A stretch of DNA of 58,982 bases, from positions 1 to 58,982 of the IMG/VR virus record IMGVR_UViG_3300007539_000021. One strand, written 5' to 3'. Under the pieces are notes generated by a model. The model searched no databases. It had not been told where the DNA came from and saw only the letters and a list, made by a program, of their open reading frames with translations. The position numbers and the translations under genes are program-made. This DNA comes from a virus. Taxonomy: Duplodnaviria; Caudoviricetes. This document shows positions 25,380 through 33,947 of this stretch, in pieces; the stretch's first letter is position 1, and every line of letters begins with the position of its first letter.

Positions 25380-27087
25380 TGATAGGATTGAATGATAAGT
25401 CTGCCTTGCCTAGCTGTGCGTTCCAATTCCACCTCGCCTTGGTACAATGGACTTCTACATTATCCGACCCTCTGTATACTGTCAACCCTACATCTGCCTT
25501 TGTACTCCACGAAATACTGCCTGATATATCCATGAGATTACAGACATTCTTTTTACTTCTGTCTTGTGGTTTCTGTGGGTGTGCTATGAAGATACACAAC
25601 ACGTCATGTTGCTTACAAAACAATTGCACTTTGCTTAACATATCTGAAATCATGTGGGTTTCTAGACCACTAGTCCTATCAGTATGGATAAAATTAAAGG
25701 GGTCAATCACACAAATCTTTACTGAGTTTCTCATTATGGAATGATGAAACTTTTCAAGCACGTTCTCAATCGTTGGCAACCCTCCGTCTAAATAGTCTTG
25801 GAACAGCACGTGTTCTCCTATCCATGCCTCTGCTTCGTCCTTCTCCTCTTGGCTCATACGCTCATGCCCATTGGTTTTGAAGAAAGGTTTGCCGGTTATT
25901 ATTTGTGCTAACTGTACCGAATGATAGCTAGGATTTTTTTCAAAACTAGCATAACAAGTTTTCCAATTGTAATTCTTACCGGCATTGACTACTAATTGGT
26001 CTATGAAAGCACTCTTACCTTCTCCGGCATAGCCGGTCACTACATAAAGCAATCCGGTTTGTAGATTAAATACCTTATCAACAGACTCATATCCGGTGTT
26101 TATGCCCTGAGGTTTGCCCTCGTCATACAAGCTTTGAAATTCATCTGTGTAAAAACTTATATCGTTTAGACCATGCAAAGGTATTGGCTCTGCATTAATC
26201 ACTTGCTTACGTACTGTCTCCTCGTCTGTCTCAATAAGCAATTCGTTTGCGTCTTTGTATCCTTTGTAATCCATGCGATAGCACTTTGCTTTCCCTATCC
26301 TACGGCTCAATTCATGGGTCAATACATCTCCGGCTGAGTCTTGGTCAGTAGCTAAGATAACTTTCTTTACATCAAGGAACTTATCTCTATCCTCCCATAC
26401 ATAAGCAAATCTTCCGTCCTCACTTGGGTCTACCTTGCCCTCAGTAATCTTGTTTGGACTCCCATTTGGCACAGAATAAACAGCTATGTTGTAGTCTTTG
26501 AAAGCTTCTGCTATAGCTAGTACGTCCATTTCCCCTTCGGTAATAACAACTGTATCCTCTATTGTTTCTTTGTTGCTATCAAATTCATGCTCTCCCCAAA
26601 ACCTTTTTGCATTGTTCTCCCACCAAAAATCCTTGTCGCCATTGGCTTTCCTGAACTTGACAGCTTCAACTTCTCCGTCAGGATTGTAGAAAGAGAAACC
26701 TATTACCGGTAAATATTTTCTCTTTTCCCGTGCTACACGAAATTTATCTGCTGTTTCTAAACTAATCTTCCTATCAAGCAACCACTTGTTTGCTTTCTCT
26801 TCTTGCTTATCTGCTAAAACTATTTTCTTCTGTGGCTTTTCTGCCTTAACTACTTTCATAACTCCTCCCTTTTTGATAGCACTTTGGTATCTATTTATAA
26901 CTCCCTTGATGTTGCAATGATGACAATGATAAACAACCTTACTCTCGTCAATCTTTACGCTCAATGGTGTATCGTGTTTGTTTTTTGTTCTTGTATCTTG
27001 GCAATTTGGACATGATATTTTTCTTTGTCCGTGACTCAGACCTGACGTATGCCGGTCTAACTTTTCATTTAATTCTTGGCTAATCAT
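25324..27087 (-). CDS. Primase-helicase (T7 gp4/Twinkle-like)
   Basis: Zn-binding CPNC...CHHC, TOPRIM ITEGEMD and ATDQDSAG, Walker A GYAGEGKS, VIDPFN, IAHP, DISGS. Confidence 0.92.
   Translation of the reverse strand: MISQELNEKLDRHTSGLSHGQRKISCPNCQDTRTKNKHDTPLSVKIDESKVVYHCHHCNIKGVINRYQSAIKKGGVMKVVKAEKPQKKIVLADKQEEKANKWLLDRKISLETADKFRVAREKRKYLPVIGFSFYNPDGEVEAVKFRKANGDKDFWWENNAKRFWGEHEFDSNKETIEDTVVITEGEMDVLAIAEAFKDYNIAVYSVPNGSPNKITEGKVDPSEDGRFAYVWEDRDKFLDVKKVILATDQDSAGDVLTHELSRRIGKAKCYRMDYKGYKDANELLIETDEETVRKQVINAEPIPLHGLNDISFYTDEFQSLYDEGKPQGINTGYESVDKVFNLQTGLLYVVTGYAGEGKSAFIDQLVVNAGKNYNWKTCYASFEKNPSYHSVQLAQIITGKPFFKTNGHERMSQEEKDEAEAWIGEHVLFQDYLDGGLPTIENVLEKFHHSIMRNSVKICVIDPFNFIHTDRTSGLETHMISDMLSKVQLFCKQHDVLCIFIAHPQKPQDRSKKNVCNLMDISGSISWSTKADVGLTVYRGSDNVEVHCTKARWNWNAQLGKADLSFNPINGRYSETQEETDDYDWDF
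26693..26722. promoter_or_regulatory. 30-bp palindromic motif, copy 6 (intragenic)
   Basis: GAGAAACCTATTACCGGTAAATATTTTCTC. Confidence 0.6.
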
Positions 27088-27094
27088 TTTTCCT

Positions 27095-27172
27095 CCTATA
27101 TACTTAGTATATACTTACTACAGTATATACTTCCTAAATAAACTACTTAGTACATACTACCTAGTATCTACT
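27095..27172. repeat. Cluster of AGTATATACT-like 10-mers upstream of primase-helicase (candidate iterons)
   Basis: agtatatact 27106 and 27122, agtacatact 27149, agtatctact 27163, cctatatact 27095. Confidence 0.7.
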
Positions 27173-27419
27173 ACTGTCCCTCGATAAGCTTACTAATTTT
27201 ATTAGCTAACTTTTTCTTTGAAACTATTGGGTACTCGTTCAATTCTATAACTGCCAATTTGACTGTGTCTGAGTCTATAGAATTTCTTGTGCAAAGTTTC
27301 TCAAAATCTTGAGAAAGAAAGTAGGCTTTTGCCTCGGTAGATGTTCTTGGATTTTTACTTGCGATATCTCTGACTGCTTGTTGTAAAACTTTCTTGTCTA
27401 ACTCCCTAGAAAAATCCAT
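27171..27419 (-). CDS. Hypothetical protein, probably leaderless
   Basis: MDFSRELDKKVLQQAVRD...; ATG 7 nt from the -10 box. Confidence 0.65.
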   Translation of the reverse strand: MDFSRELDKKVLQQAVRDIASKNPRTSTEAKAYFLSQDFEKLCTRNSIDSDTVKLAVIELNEYPIVSKKKLANKISKLIEGQ

Positions 27420-27425
27420 GGCTCG

Positions 27426-27454
27426 ATTGTAGCCGAACAAAAAACACAATTCAA
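27426..27454 (-). promoter_or_regulatory. Leftward sigma70-type promoter
   Basis: Minus strand TTGAAT-17 bp-TACAAT. Confidence 0.7.
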
Positions 27455-27468
27455 TACCTCATTTACAC

Positions 27469-27497
27469 TTGTAAAAACTTTTTGTATGCCTCATAAT
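27469..27497 (+). promoter_or_regulatory. Rightward sigma70-type promoter
   Basis: TTGTAA-17 bp-CATAAT, back-to-back with the leftward promoter. Confidence 0.6.
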
Positions 27498-27530
27498 GAC
27501 ATCATATACAGTTAAACCACGAGGTGTTAT

Positions 27531-27782
27531 ATGGAATTTGAAATCAAAAAGGGGATACCCTTGCCACGCAACAAAGGTAGACCCTCTAAATACAACCTCC
27601 CTCTCGAAGATATGAAAGTTGGAGACAGCATTGAGATACCGGTATCAAAAAAAGACATAGCAGTTGAAATAAAAATCTTGCGAAACGCAGTTGATAGATA
27701 CAAAGCTAAAAGACTTGATACTAATTTTAGTGTTATGAAACTTTCAGATAACTCAGGGGTAGGAATATGGAGGACTAAATGA
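27531..27782 (+). CDS. Small putative DNA-binding phage protein
   Basis: FEIKKGIPLP...SKY..PLEDMKVGDS...GVGIWR conserved phage motif; first gene of its operon. Confidence 0.65.
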   Translation: MEFEIKKGIPLPRNKGRPSKYNLPLEDMKVGDSIEIPVSKKDIAVEIKILRNAVDRYKAKRLDTNFSVMKLSDNSGVGIWRTK

Positions 27783-28315
27783 AAGACAAGATATTAATAG
27801 AGGCACTACAAAGCTACGTTATATCTCTCAAGCTAGAGATAGACGAATTGAAAAGTCAGTTGAAAGAAAAAGCAACAGATGTCAAGGCAGTACAACAGAC
27901 TACACAAAAAAGATTTGCCGTAATCCAAAATACTAAACCGATTGTTGTAGAAGAAAAAGCACAAGAGGTAAAGGAAGAAGAGGTAGTAGTCATACCTCAC
28001 AACCCAAAAGAAATTCTCAAGAAGATAGGTCATTGCAAATACTCAGAACTAGATATCATAGCTTCTATCTACAAAGAAGCTGATTGGTTTTTAGAAACAG
28101 TCACAAGGCGACCTATGAACGCTAAGGCTGAATTAGTTGCTCAACAATGTCTAGATAGATACAGAGATAACAACATAAGTTTTTACGAACTTAGGAAGGA
28201 GTCTTACAATATGTATACTCATACTGTACTATCATCACAAGGACTACTTTGCAGATTGGGTAGAGCCATATATCATTGTGGCAACGAGGAGGAAAGAAAG
28301 CTTTGGGATTTCTAG
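27779..28315 (+). CDS. Hypothetical protein
   Basis: GGAGG RBS, ATGA coupling. Confidence 0.7.
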   Translation: MKDKILIEALQSYVISLKLEIDELKSQLKEKATDVKAVQQTTQKRFAVIQNTKPIVVEEKAQEVKEEEVVVIPHNPKEILKKIGHCKYSELDIIASIYKEADWFLETVTRRPMNAKAELVAQQCLDRYRDNNISFYELRKESYNMYTHTVLSSQGLLCRLGRAIYHCGNEEERKLWDF

Positions 28316-28386
28316 ATTATTACTTCACAGTATTGGGAGCGACTCTCGTTGTCGCTATAGTCATTATTATTTCTGCAACAAGATGA
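28303..28386 (+). CDS. Small hydrophobic peptide (27 aa), not in ORF track
   Basis: GAGGAGG RBS, TTG start, GFLDYYFTVLGATLVVAIVIIISATR; ATGA overlap with exonuclease start. Confidence 0.45.
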   Translation: MGFLDYYFTVLGATLVVAIVIIISATR

Positions 28387-29279
28387 AACTAACTAATAAA
28401 TTTAAACTGCCTAAGGAAATAATTCGTGCCATAAGCAACGATACTTACTCGAAGGGAGAGTCTACTATTTCTGTGTCAGGATTATTGTCTGCTCCTCGTC
28501 CAAGGATACTTGGTGTTGAACACAAAGACAGTATAGTTGTGGACGCAGTAGACCAAGTATGGAAGATATTAGGCACGGCTACTCACACTATCTTAGAGAG
28601 GGCAAATGAAGGGTACGAAGATACCATGATTGAGGAAAGAATGTATGCCTCTGTATTGGGGTGGACTATATCCGGTCAGACGGACTCTATTAGCCTTGAG
28701 GAGAACACTTTAAAAGATTATAAGGTCACGTCCGTCTACAAAGTTATGAAGGCTCAGAAGGAAGGAGACGACTCGTGGGAGGCACAATTAAACTGCTATG
28801 CTTGGCTGTATCAACACAACATAGGCAAGACCATAGATAAGCTACAGATTATTACAGTAAACAGAGATTGGAATAAGAGTCAGAAGAAGAGAATGGGTAA
28901 TGATTATCCGGACTCTCCTATCTCAGTTATAGATATACCGGTATGGGATACCGAGACACAAAAAGAATTTATAGAAGAAAGAGTCAAGCTACATCAAGAA
29001 GCTGAGGCTGACTTTCTAATAAATAGGGAACTGCCTTTCTGCTCAGAGGAGGAACGTTGGAAAAGACCGGACTCTTTCCGAGTAATGAAGAAGGGTAGAA
29101 AGACTGCACTTAGAGTTTTGGATACTCAGTCAAAGGCTGATGATTACATTGCTAAGAGTAGTGATAATAATTTAACTATAGAGTTTGCAAAGGGAGAGTC
29201 AATCAAGTGTAAAGACTATTGTGACGTGGCAGAATTTTGCGAACAGTACCAAGAGGAGGTAGCCAATGAAAGACTATAG
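28383..29279 (+). CDS. PD-(D/E)XK Cas4-like exonuclease
   Basis: GTATHTILE...EERM...ISGQTD...DYKVTS...QLNCY...C..YCDVAEFC. Confidence 0.85.
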   Translation: MKLTNKFKLPKEIIRAISNDTYSKGESTISVSGLLSAPRPRILGVEHKDSIVVDAVDQVWKILGTATHTILERANEGYEDTMIEERMYASVLGWTISGQTDSISLEENTLKDYKVTSVYKVMKAQKEGDDSWEAQLNCYAWLYQHNIGKTIDKLQIITVNRDWNKSQKKRMGNDYPDSPISVIDIPVWDTETQKEFIEERVKLHQEAEADFLINRELPFCSEEERWKRPDSFRVMKKGRKTALRVLDTQSKADDYIAKSSDNNLTIEFAKGESIKCKDYCDVAEFCEQYQEEVANERL

Positions 29280-29475
29280 TATGTTTAAGATACAGATTGA
29301 ATTGCCTGACGGCTCTAAACAATTTGTATGGTCGAAGATTGTCGAAGGCGATATTCAATTTGATAGAGACATGGATAAGGAAGTTGCAAGACTTGAAGAG
29401 TCCGGTCACAAAGTTGTGTATTCAAGAAGAGCAATCTTTGGGAGTAAATCTTTGTTCGCCAAGGGGGTAATCTAA
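29266..29475 (+). CDS. Hypothetical protein
   Basis: GGAGG RBS, coupled. Confidence 0.65.
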   Translation: MKDYSMFKIQIELPDGSKQFVWSKIVEGDIQFDRDMDKEVARLEESGHKVVYSRRAIFGSKSLFAKGVI

Positions 29476-29834
29476 TGAGGGAAGTATATACAGAAGAAAA
29501 CCAAATAGAATTCCTGAGACAAGGCGTACGTGATTTAAAAAAAGCTATGATGAAACTTGATGAATTTATAGGAGACTGCGACCAACAGACTGCTAACGCT
29601 GTTAGTGATGTATGGGACGAGATAGAGTATCTTGATGATACTACAGACGTGACTCTAAACATTGATAGGTGGTGTGAAAAAAAATTCGGACACAATGATT
29701 GGGCATTTTTGGATACGTTTTCAGACCAAGAGAAAGTAGGTCTAGAAGATGTTGCAGATATAGTAGATTACAAAGGTCAAACAATTGTAGTTTACTTTGA
29801 AGCTAGACCTGAGTTTCTTAACGGAGATATCTAA
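29475..29834 (+). CDS. Hypothetical acidic protein
   Basis: TAATG coupling. Confidence 0.65.
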   Translation: MREVYTEENQIEFLRQGVRDLKKAMMKLDEFIGDCDQQTANAVSDVWDEIEYLDDTTDVTLNIDRWCEKKFGHNDWAFLDTFSDQEKVGLEDVADIVDYKGQTIVVYFEARPEFLNGDI

Positions 29835-29836
29835 GT

Positions 29837-30007
29837 ATGAGTAGAGATTACAAGATTGATATTCAGTACGAGAAAGTATCTGAGGAAAAACTATGTGATG
29901 TCTGTGGAGGTTTCTTACCTGACGTGGACGAACAAGAAATAAAAGAATTATCTACTACACACGGCATACAAGCTGATAAGTGTAGTGGATATAAATGTTG
30001 GATTTAA
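29837..30007 (+). CDS. Small Cys-rich protein (56 aa), not in ORF track
   Basis: MSRDYKIDIQY...LCDVCGG...KCSGYKCWI; GGAG upstream; fills the operon gap. Confidence 0.6.
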   Translation: MSRDYKIDIQYEKVSEEKLCDVCGGFLPDVDEQEIKELSTTHGIQADKCSGYKCWI

Positions 30008-30025
30008 TTAAATATGGAGGAATAT

Positions 30026-30799
30026 ATGGATAATCAACAAGAAGCAAAAGCAGAGAAGTTTCGTGAGATATGGAACACACTATCGAAAGTAGATGTGTCT
30101 GAATTTAAAGAGACTAAGATGAACTTGGATTACCTCAGTTGGAGTAGAGCATGGTTTCTACTTTGCGAGAAGTATCCTGAGGCTGAGTATGAATTCATGC
30201 CGTCAATTAAAATGGACGATAACACCATGGAAGTTTGTACTGCAATTAAGATTGGCGAATGTGTTCGCATGATGTCATTGCCAATCATGGACTATAAAAA
30301 TCAACCGATAATTACACCTGACTCTAGGCAAGTATCTGATAACAGAATGAGATGTCTTGTTAAGAACATGGCTATGTTTGGATTAGGCATAAGTCTTTAC
30401 ATGGGATTTAGTGACGACTTACCTGACGAGGACAAAGATAAGGTGTCTGAAAAAACACGCAAGAAAAATCCGGTAAAAGCAAAAAAGCCTGAGGTGACTG
30501 AGGCTGTAGTTGAAGAAGAGAAAAATATTCCTAGTAAGGAAGTTTCTTCACCGGACGAAGATAGTGGAGTTGAGTATGACGAAGATTGGGCGAAGGTTTT
30601 TATTGAAGGAGTTGATACGTTTATGCACTCCCCTTTATGCCAAACCAAGCAACAGTTGACTAACTACTACAAGGCTAATGGAAAAGACATAGGTATCTTA
30701 GGCGAGAAGTTTCCGGATAAGAAAGCTGAACTCGACCAAATGTTTGTAGACTATGCAGAGACTTTACCGGCTGACTCGAAAGAGAGGAACGCTCAATGA
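30026..30799 (+). CDS. Sak/Rad52-like ssDNA annealing protein (DUF1071-like)
   Basis: LDYLSWSRAW...LPIMDYKN...MRCLVKNMAMFGLGISLY. Confidence 0.85.
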   Translation: MDNQQEAKAEKFREIWNTLSKVDVSEFKETKMNLDYLSWSRAWFLLCEKYPEAEYEFMPSIKMDDNTMEVCTAIKIGECVRMMSLPIMDYKNQPIITPDSRQVSDNRMRCLVKNMAMFGLGISLYMGFSDDLPDEDKDKVSEKTRKKNPVKAKKPEVTEAVVEEEKNIPSKEVSSPDEDSGVEYDEDWAKVFIEGVDTFMHSPLCQTKQQLTNYYKANGKDIGILGEKFPDKKAELDQMFVDYAETLPADSKERNAQ

Positions 30800-31287
30800 T
30801 TGACGACATCAAGAAAGCTACGATAGATAGATATGTTATGAAGAGCGAGGGTCATACCAATTGGGTACTTTGGTCTATGCTAGATGAACATGAGGCTGTT
30901 CACATACAGACTTGTATCAAGGAAGATTTGCCTATCGCTTGTCGAGTTGTCGACATACCGGTAGGCTCTACCGATACAGATTGTAGGTGGGAAATGGTCA
31001 AGGTAGTTATCTATCACAAGAACACTTTGACTAACAACGAAAGAGAAAAGCTTGACAAGATACAAGACAAGCTGACTCTCAAGAAACACATTAGCAATTA
31101 TTCCATTCTCAAGTACGGACACGACAGTTGGCAATACTATGACAATCTATCTCCTGAGATAAAACTTAATCCCTCAAGGTACGGACACCTAGAGGACAAC
31201 ATTCTTTTCTTTTACGAAGGGAGTGATTGGACGGAACTAACGGACGAGCATAACGTTTGTCCTCATTGTAATTCATTTCTAATATAG
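30796..31287 (+). CDS. Hypothetical protein
   Basis: GAGG RBS, ATGA coupling; C-terminal CPHC. Confidence 0.65.
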   Translation: MIDDIKKATIDRYVMKSEGHTNWVLWSMLDEHEAVHIQTCIKEDLPIACRVVDIPVGSTDTDCRWEMVKVVIYHKNTLTNNEREKLDKIQDKLTLKKHISNYSILKYGHDSWQYYDNLSPEIKLNPSRYGHLEDNILFFYEGSDWTELTDEHNVCPHCNSFLI

Positions 31288-31297
31288 CGAGGTAAAA

Positions 31298-31624
31298 ATG
31301 GCGAATGAAAACAAACCACAATCGGACGGAGCAATCTATCCTAACAGCTTTAAGAAAGCACAAAACCAACCTGACCACACCGGTAAGATAGAACTCAACA
31401 AAGACTTGATGAAAGAACTTGTTGAGGAAATCAAAGCCGGTAAAGAGCCTATCCTCAGAGTAGCTTTGTGGGATAGGGTAAGTAAGAACGACAACCCTTA
31501 TATGTATGCAAGAGTTGACGTGGCACAACCAAAGCCTGAGGCAAAGCCTGAGCCACAGCCGGAAAAGAAAGCTGTCTCTAGCTTTGACCCTTACGGAGAA
31601 GATGATATTGAGGTACCTTTCTAA
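31298..31624 (+). CDS. Putative single-stranded DNA-binding protein
   Basis: GAIYPN..K...QPDHTG...RVALW; acidic tail EDDIEVPF. Confidence 0.7.
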   Translation: MANENKPQSDGAIYPNSFKKAQNQPDHTGKIELNKDLMKELVEEIKAGKEPILRVALWDRVSKNDNPYMYARVDVAQPKPEAKPEPQPEKKAVSSFDPYGEDDIEVPF

Positions 31625-31923
31625 TGATGAACTCAATAGTAGATTTTGTAGACATGGAGATTGATAACAATGTCCTTGTTAATTGGGTAGACCATAGAAA
31701 CGCTTTGCTCAGAGAGTTTGGTAGGATTATTGAAGTGATGAAAAAAGCAGTAGAAGAAGGCGAGTTAGATGTTCAAGGTGTAGAAGTTTTAGACCCTGAT
31801 ATTCTTATGTCTATCTATCTTGGCAGTATCGTAGGCTTGGGTAGAGTCAATGCTGACTTTAACTTTCGTGAGTTAGAGGAGCAACCAAGAAACTCACGTG
31901 AGTTAGAGGAGGCTGAGAAATAG
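31624..31923 (+). CDS. Hypothetical protein
   Basis: TAATG coupling. Confidence 0.65.
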   Translation: MMNSIVDFVDMEIDNNVLVNWVDHRNALLREFGRIIEVMKKAVEEGELDVQGVEVLDPDILMSIYLGSIVGLGRVNADFNFRELEEQPRNSRELEEAEK

Positions 31924-31925
31924 AT

Positions 31926-32153
31926 ATGGAAGAATTTGTTTGGTCTGATGATGAAACATACGAAGAGAACTTTGAACGTTGGTATCGTATGCAGAGTAGG
32001 GAACGTTATACTTGGAAAGATAATATAGACCCTCGACCTCTAGCCGAGGCTAAGTTTGATGAACTCTACGGAGACAGAACTGCACTCTCAGTTTCTAAAA
32101 CCAAAGAGGTATTGAATGTCTTTGATACATACAAGAAGGAGGAAGATAGCTAA
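31926..32153 (+). CDS. Hypothetical protein
   Basis: WSDDETYEENFERWYRM motif; in operon. Confidence 0.65.
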   Translation: MEEFVWSDDETYEENFERWYRMQSRERYTWKDNIDPRPLAEAKFDELYGDRTALSVSKTKEVLNVFDTYKKEEDS

Positions 32154-32494
32154 TGTCAGAAGAACTAATTGAGAATTGGCAACACGAGATTAGAAAACTT
32201 GCTCCGTTAATTGAACAAGCTATGTATCAGGTACATGAGAAGGAAGCTGATGTTAAGAAACTACAAGCGACCTTGAAACTCAAAGCTATTGATATGGGTA
32301 TCAAAACGAACTCAGGGCAAGAAACTCATGCCGAAGCCTCAGAAGATTTACACAAAGCTAGGCTGAAAGTAGGAGTTGCGAAAGGAACTCTAGAGGCAAT
32401 ACGAGTTAAACTCAAAAGCTTAGAGATAGGCTACGAGGTTTGGCGAACAAGAGAAGTCTCTCAGAGAAGAGAACAAGCTAGGTATGGAGCATAG
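32153..32494 (+). CDS. Coiled-coil protein (possibly UvsY-like recombination mediator)
   Basis: QETHAEASEDL...EVWRTREVSQR helical pattern; function inferred. Confidence 0.55.
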   Translation: MSEELIENWQHEIRKLAPLIEQAMYQVHEKEADVKKLQATLKLKAIDMGIKTNSGQETHAEASEDLHKARLKVGVAKGTLEAIRVKLKSLEIGYEVWRTREVSQRREQARYGA

Positions 32495-32537
32495 ACTTAA
32501 TTGGTACTTTGCTATCTTCATACCTAGTCCTTTCTAG

Positions 32538-32846
32538 ATGAAAGGAAAACCCCCCACAAAAGAAGAGCAAGAACACATGGACTTAGTCCGTGGCATTGGG
32601 TGTATCGTCTGTTATAACAATGGATATCCGTATGTTCCGGCAGAGATACACCACATTGTAGGAAAAGAAAAAAGAAATCACATGAGAGTATTACCTCTCT
32701 GTGACATTCATCATAGAAACGGCAGTCACAAAAGACCAATAAGCAGACACCCCAACAAGAAAAGATTTGAAGAGGCTTATGGCACGGAAGAAGAACTGCT
32801 CGAACAGGTAGAGCATTTACTTAAAGAGCCAAGAGAACTACCATGA
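32538..32846 (+). CDS. Ref/DUF968-like HNH-type nuclease
   Basis: GCIVC...AEIHH...VLPLCDIHH...FEEAYGTEEELL. Confidence 0.75.
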   Translation: MKGKPPTKEEQEHMDLVRGIGCIVCYNNGYPYVPAEIHHIVGKEKRNHMRVLPLCDIHHRNGSHKRPISRHPNKKRFEEAYGTEEELLEQVEHLLKEPRELP

Positions 32847-32875
32847 GAAAAGGTTTTACTAGTAAATATTTTCGC
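32845..32875. promoter_or_regulatory. 30-bp palindromic motif, copy 7
   Basis: GAGAAAAGGTTTTACTAGTAAATATTTTCGC, intergenic. Confidence 0.7.
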
Positions 32876-32918
32876 AGCGAAAAAATGATGGGAAAAAAAT
32901 GATGGTAAGTTTTAAGGT

Positions 32919-33272
32919 ATGAAAACACAATCTGCAAAAGCAAAAGGAAGGAAACTACAGAAGTGGGTTGTGGATAAGTTGATAGAGATATTAAAACTAG
33001 ACCCTGAGGATATAGAGTCTCGACCTATGGGAAGCCAAGGGGAAGATGTGATAATGGGTAAGCAATCAAGAGAGAAGTTTCCCTTTAGTATTGAGTGTAA
33101 AAACCAAGAGGCTCTGAACATTTGGAAAGCTTACGAACAAGCTGAGGAGAATTGCAAAGGCTATGAGCCTATAGTCGTAATCAAAAGAAACAAGACTAAA
33201 CCTTTGTTGGTTATTGACGCTGAAAAGTTTATTAAGTTTATAGGTATATTAGTTGAAGAGGAGGAACAGTAA
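32919..33272 (+). CDS. PD-(D/E)XK Holliday-junction-resolvase-like endonuclease
   Basis: SAKAKGRKLQKWV...SRPMGSQGED...FPFSIECKNQE...QA...PIVVIKRN. Confidence 0.75.
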   Translation: MKTQSAKAKGRKLQKWVVDKLIEILKLDPEDIESRPMGSQGEDVIMGKQSREKFPFSIECKNQEALNIWKAYEQAEENCKGYEPIVVIKRNKTKPLLVIDAEKFIKFIGILVEEEEQ

Positions 33273-33619
33273 TGTCTATGTTAGTAAAACAATTACAAGA
33301 AGAGTTGAAAGAACGGAAGAAGGCTTGGTGGGAGTGGCATAAGAAAAACCCTCAGGTATGGGAGAAGTTTGAAGAGTACACCTTACAAGCGATAGCCTCA
33401 GGGAGAAAGAACTATTCTCAATGGGCAATCATCAATCGTATAAGGTGGAACGCTGAGGTCGAAACAAAGGGTGGGGACTTCAAGATAAGCAATGACTACA
33501 TATCTTTTTACGCTAGGCTATTCCATGTTAGGTATCCACAGTATGAAGGCTTCTTCAAAACTAAACCATTCAAAGAAGAGAAGCTAATCGAAAGATTAGT
33601 TGGTGCTGAAATATACTAG
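33272..33619 (+). CDS. Conserved phage hypothetical protein
   Basis: HKKNPQVWEKF...YSQWAIINRIRW...FKISNDYISFYARLF. Confidence 0.7.
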   Translation: MSMLVKQLQEELKERKKAWWEWHKKNPQVWEKFEEYTLQAIASGRKNYSQWAIINRIRWNAEVETKGGDFKISNDYISFYARLFHVRYPQYEGFFKTKPFKEEKLIERLVGAEIY

Positions 33620-33620
33620 A

Positions 33621-33887
33621 ATGAATTCTAGATATATGGTTGCCTATAAGATTAGTTATATAAATTCTTATGGAGATAAGGAGGCTGTTGATATAACAGA
33701 CAATCCTCATAGGTGGTTGGAACACAACAACAAAATAAGAATTAGCAATGGCTATGAGCCTAAAAAACTAGATGACTTTGAAATCGAAAGTATCCATATA
33801 GAACTTTTTCCTTGGGACACTTATCCAGAAAAAATCTGGGTCGCAGGTGGGACGTTGTGTCCTAAAAAACTTTCATACCCTAGCTAG
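33621..33887 (+). CDS. Hypothetical protein
   Basis: Last plus-strand ORF before the convergent junction. Confidence 0.55.
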   Translation: MNSRYMVAYKISYINSYGDKEAVDITDNPHRWLEHNNKIRISNGYEPKKLDDFEIESIHIELFPWDTYPEKIWVAGGTLCPKKLSYPS

Positions 33888-33916
33888 AGAAAGTATTTAC
33901 CGGTAAATATTTTATC
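33887..33916. promoter_or_regulatory. 30-bp palindromic motif, copy 8
   Basis: GAGAAAGTATTTACCGGTAAATATTTTATC at the convergent junction of the middle and late arms. Confidence 0.75.
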
Positions 33917-33947
33917 GTTGTATCTTGGATACAGCCCGGACTGTCAC

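Noticed and set aside
31866-31910. 15-bp direct repeat CGTGAGTTAGAGGAG, 30 nt apart
   Set aside because: In-frame micro-duplication (RELEE twice) at a gene end; no evidence of a separate function
17282-33916. CRISPR array formed by the ~30-bp palindromes
   Set aside because: Copies are kilobases apart and irregularly spaced; no cas operon (the Cas4-like gene is a typical phage exonuclease)
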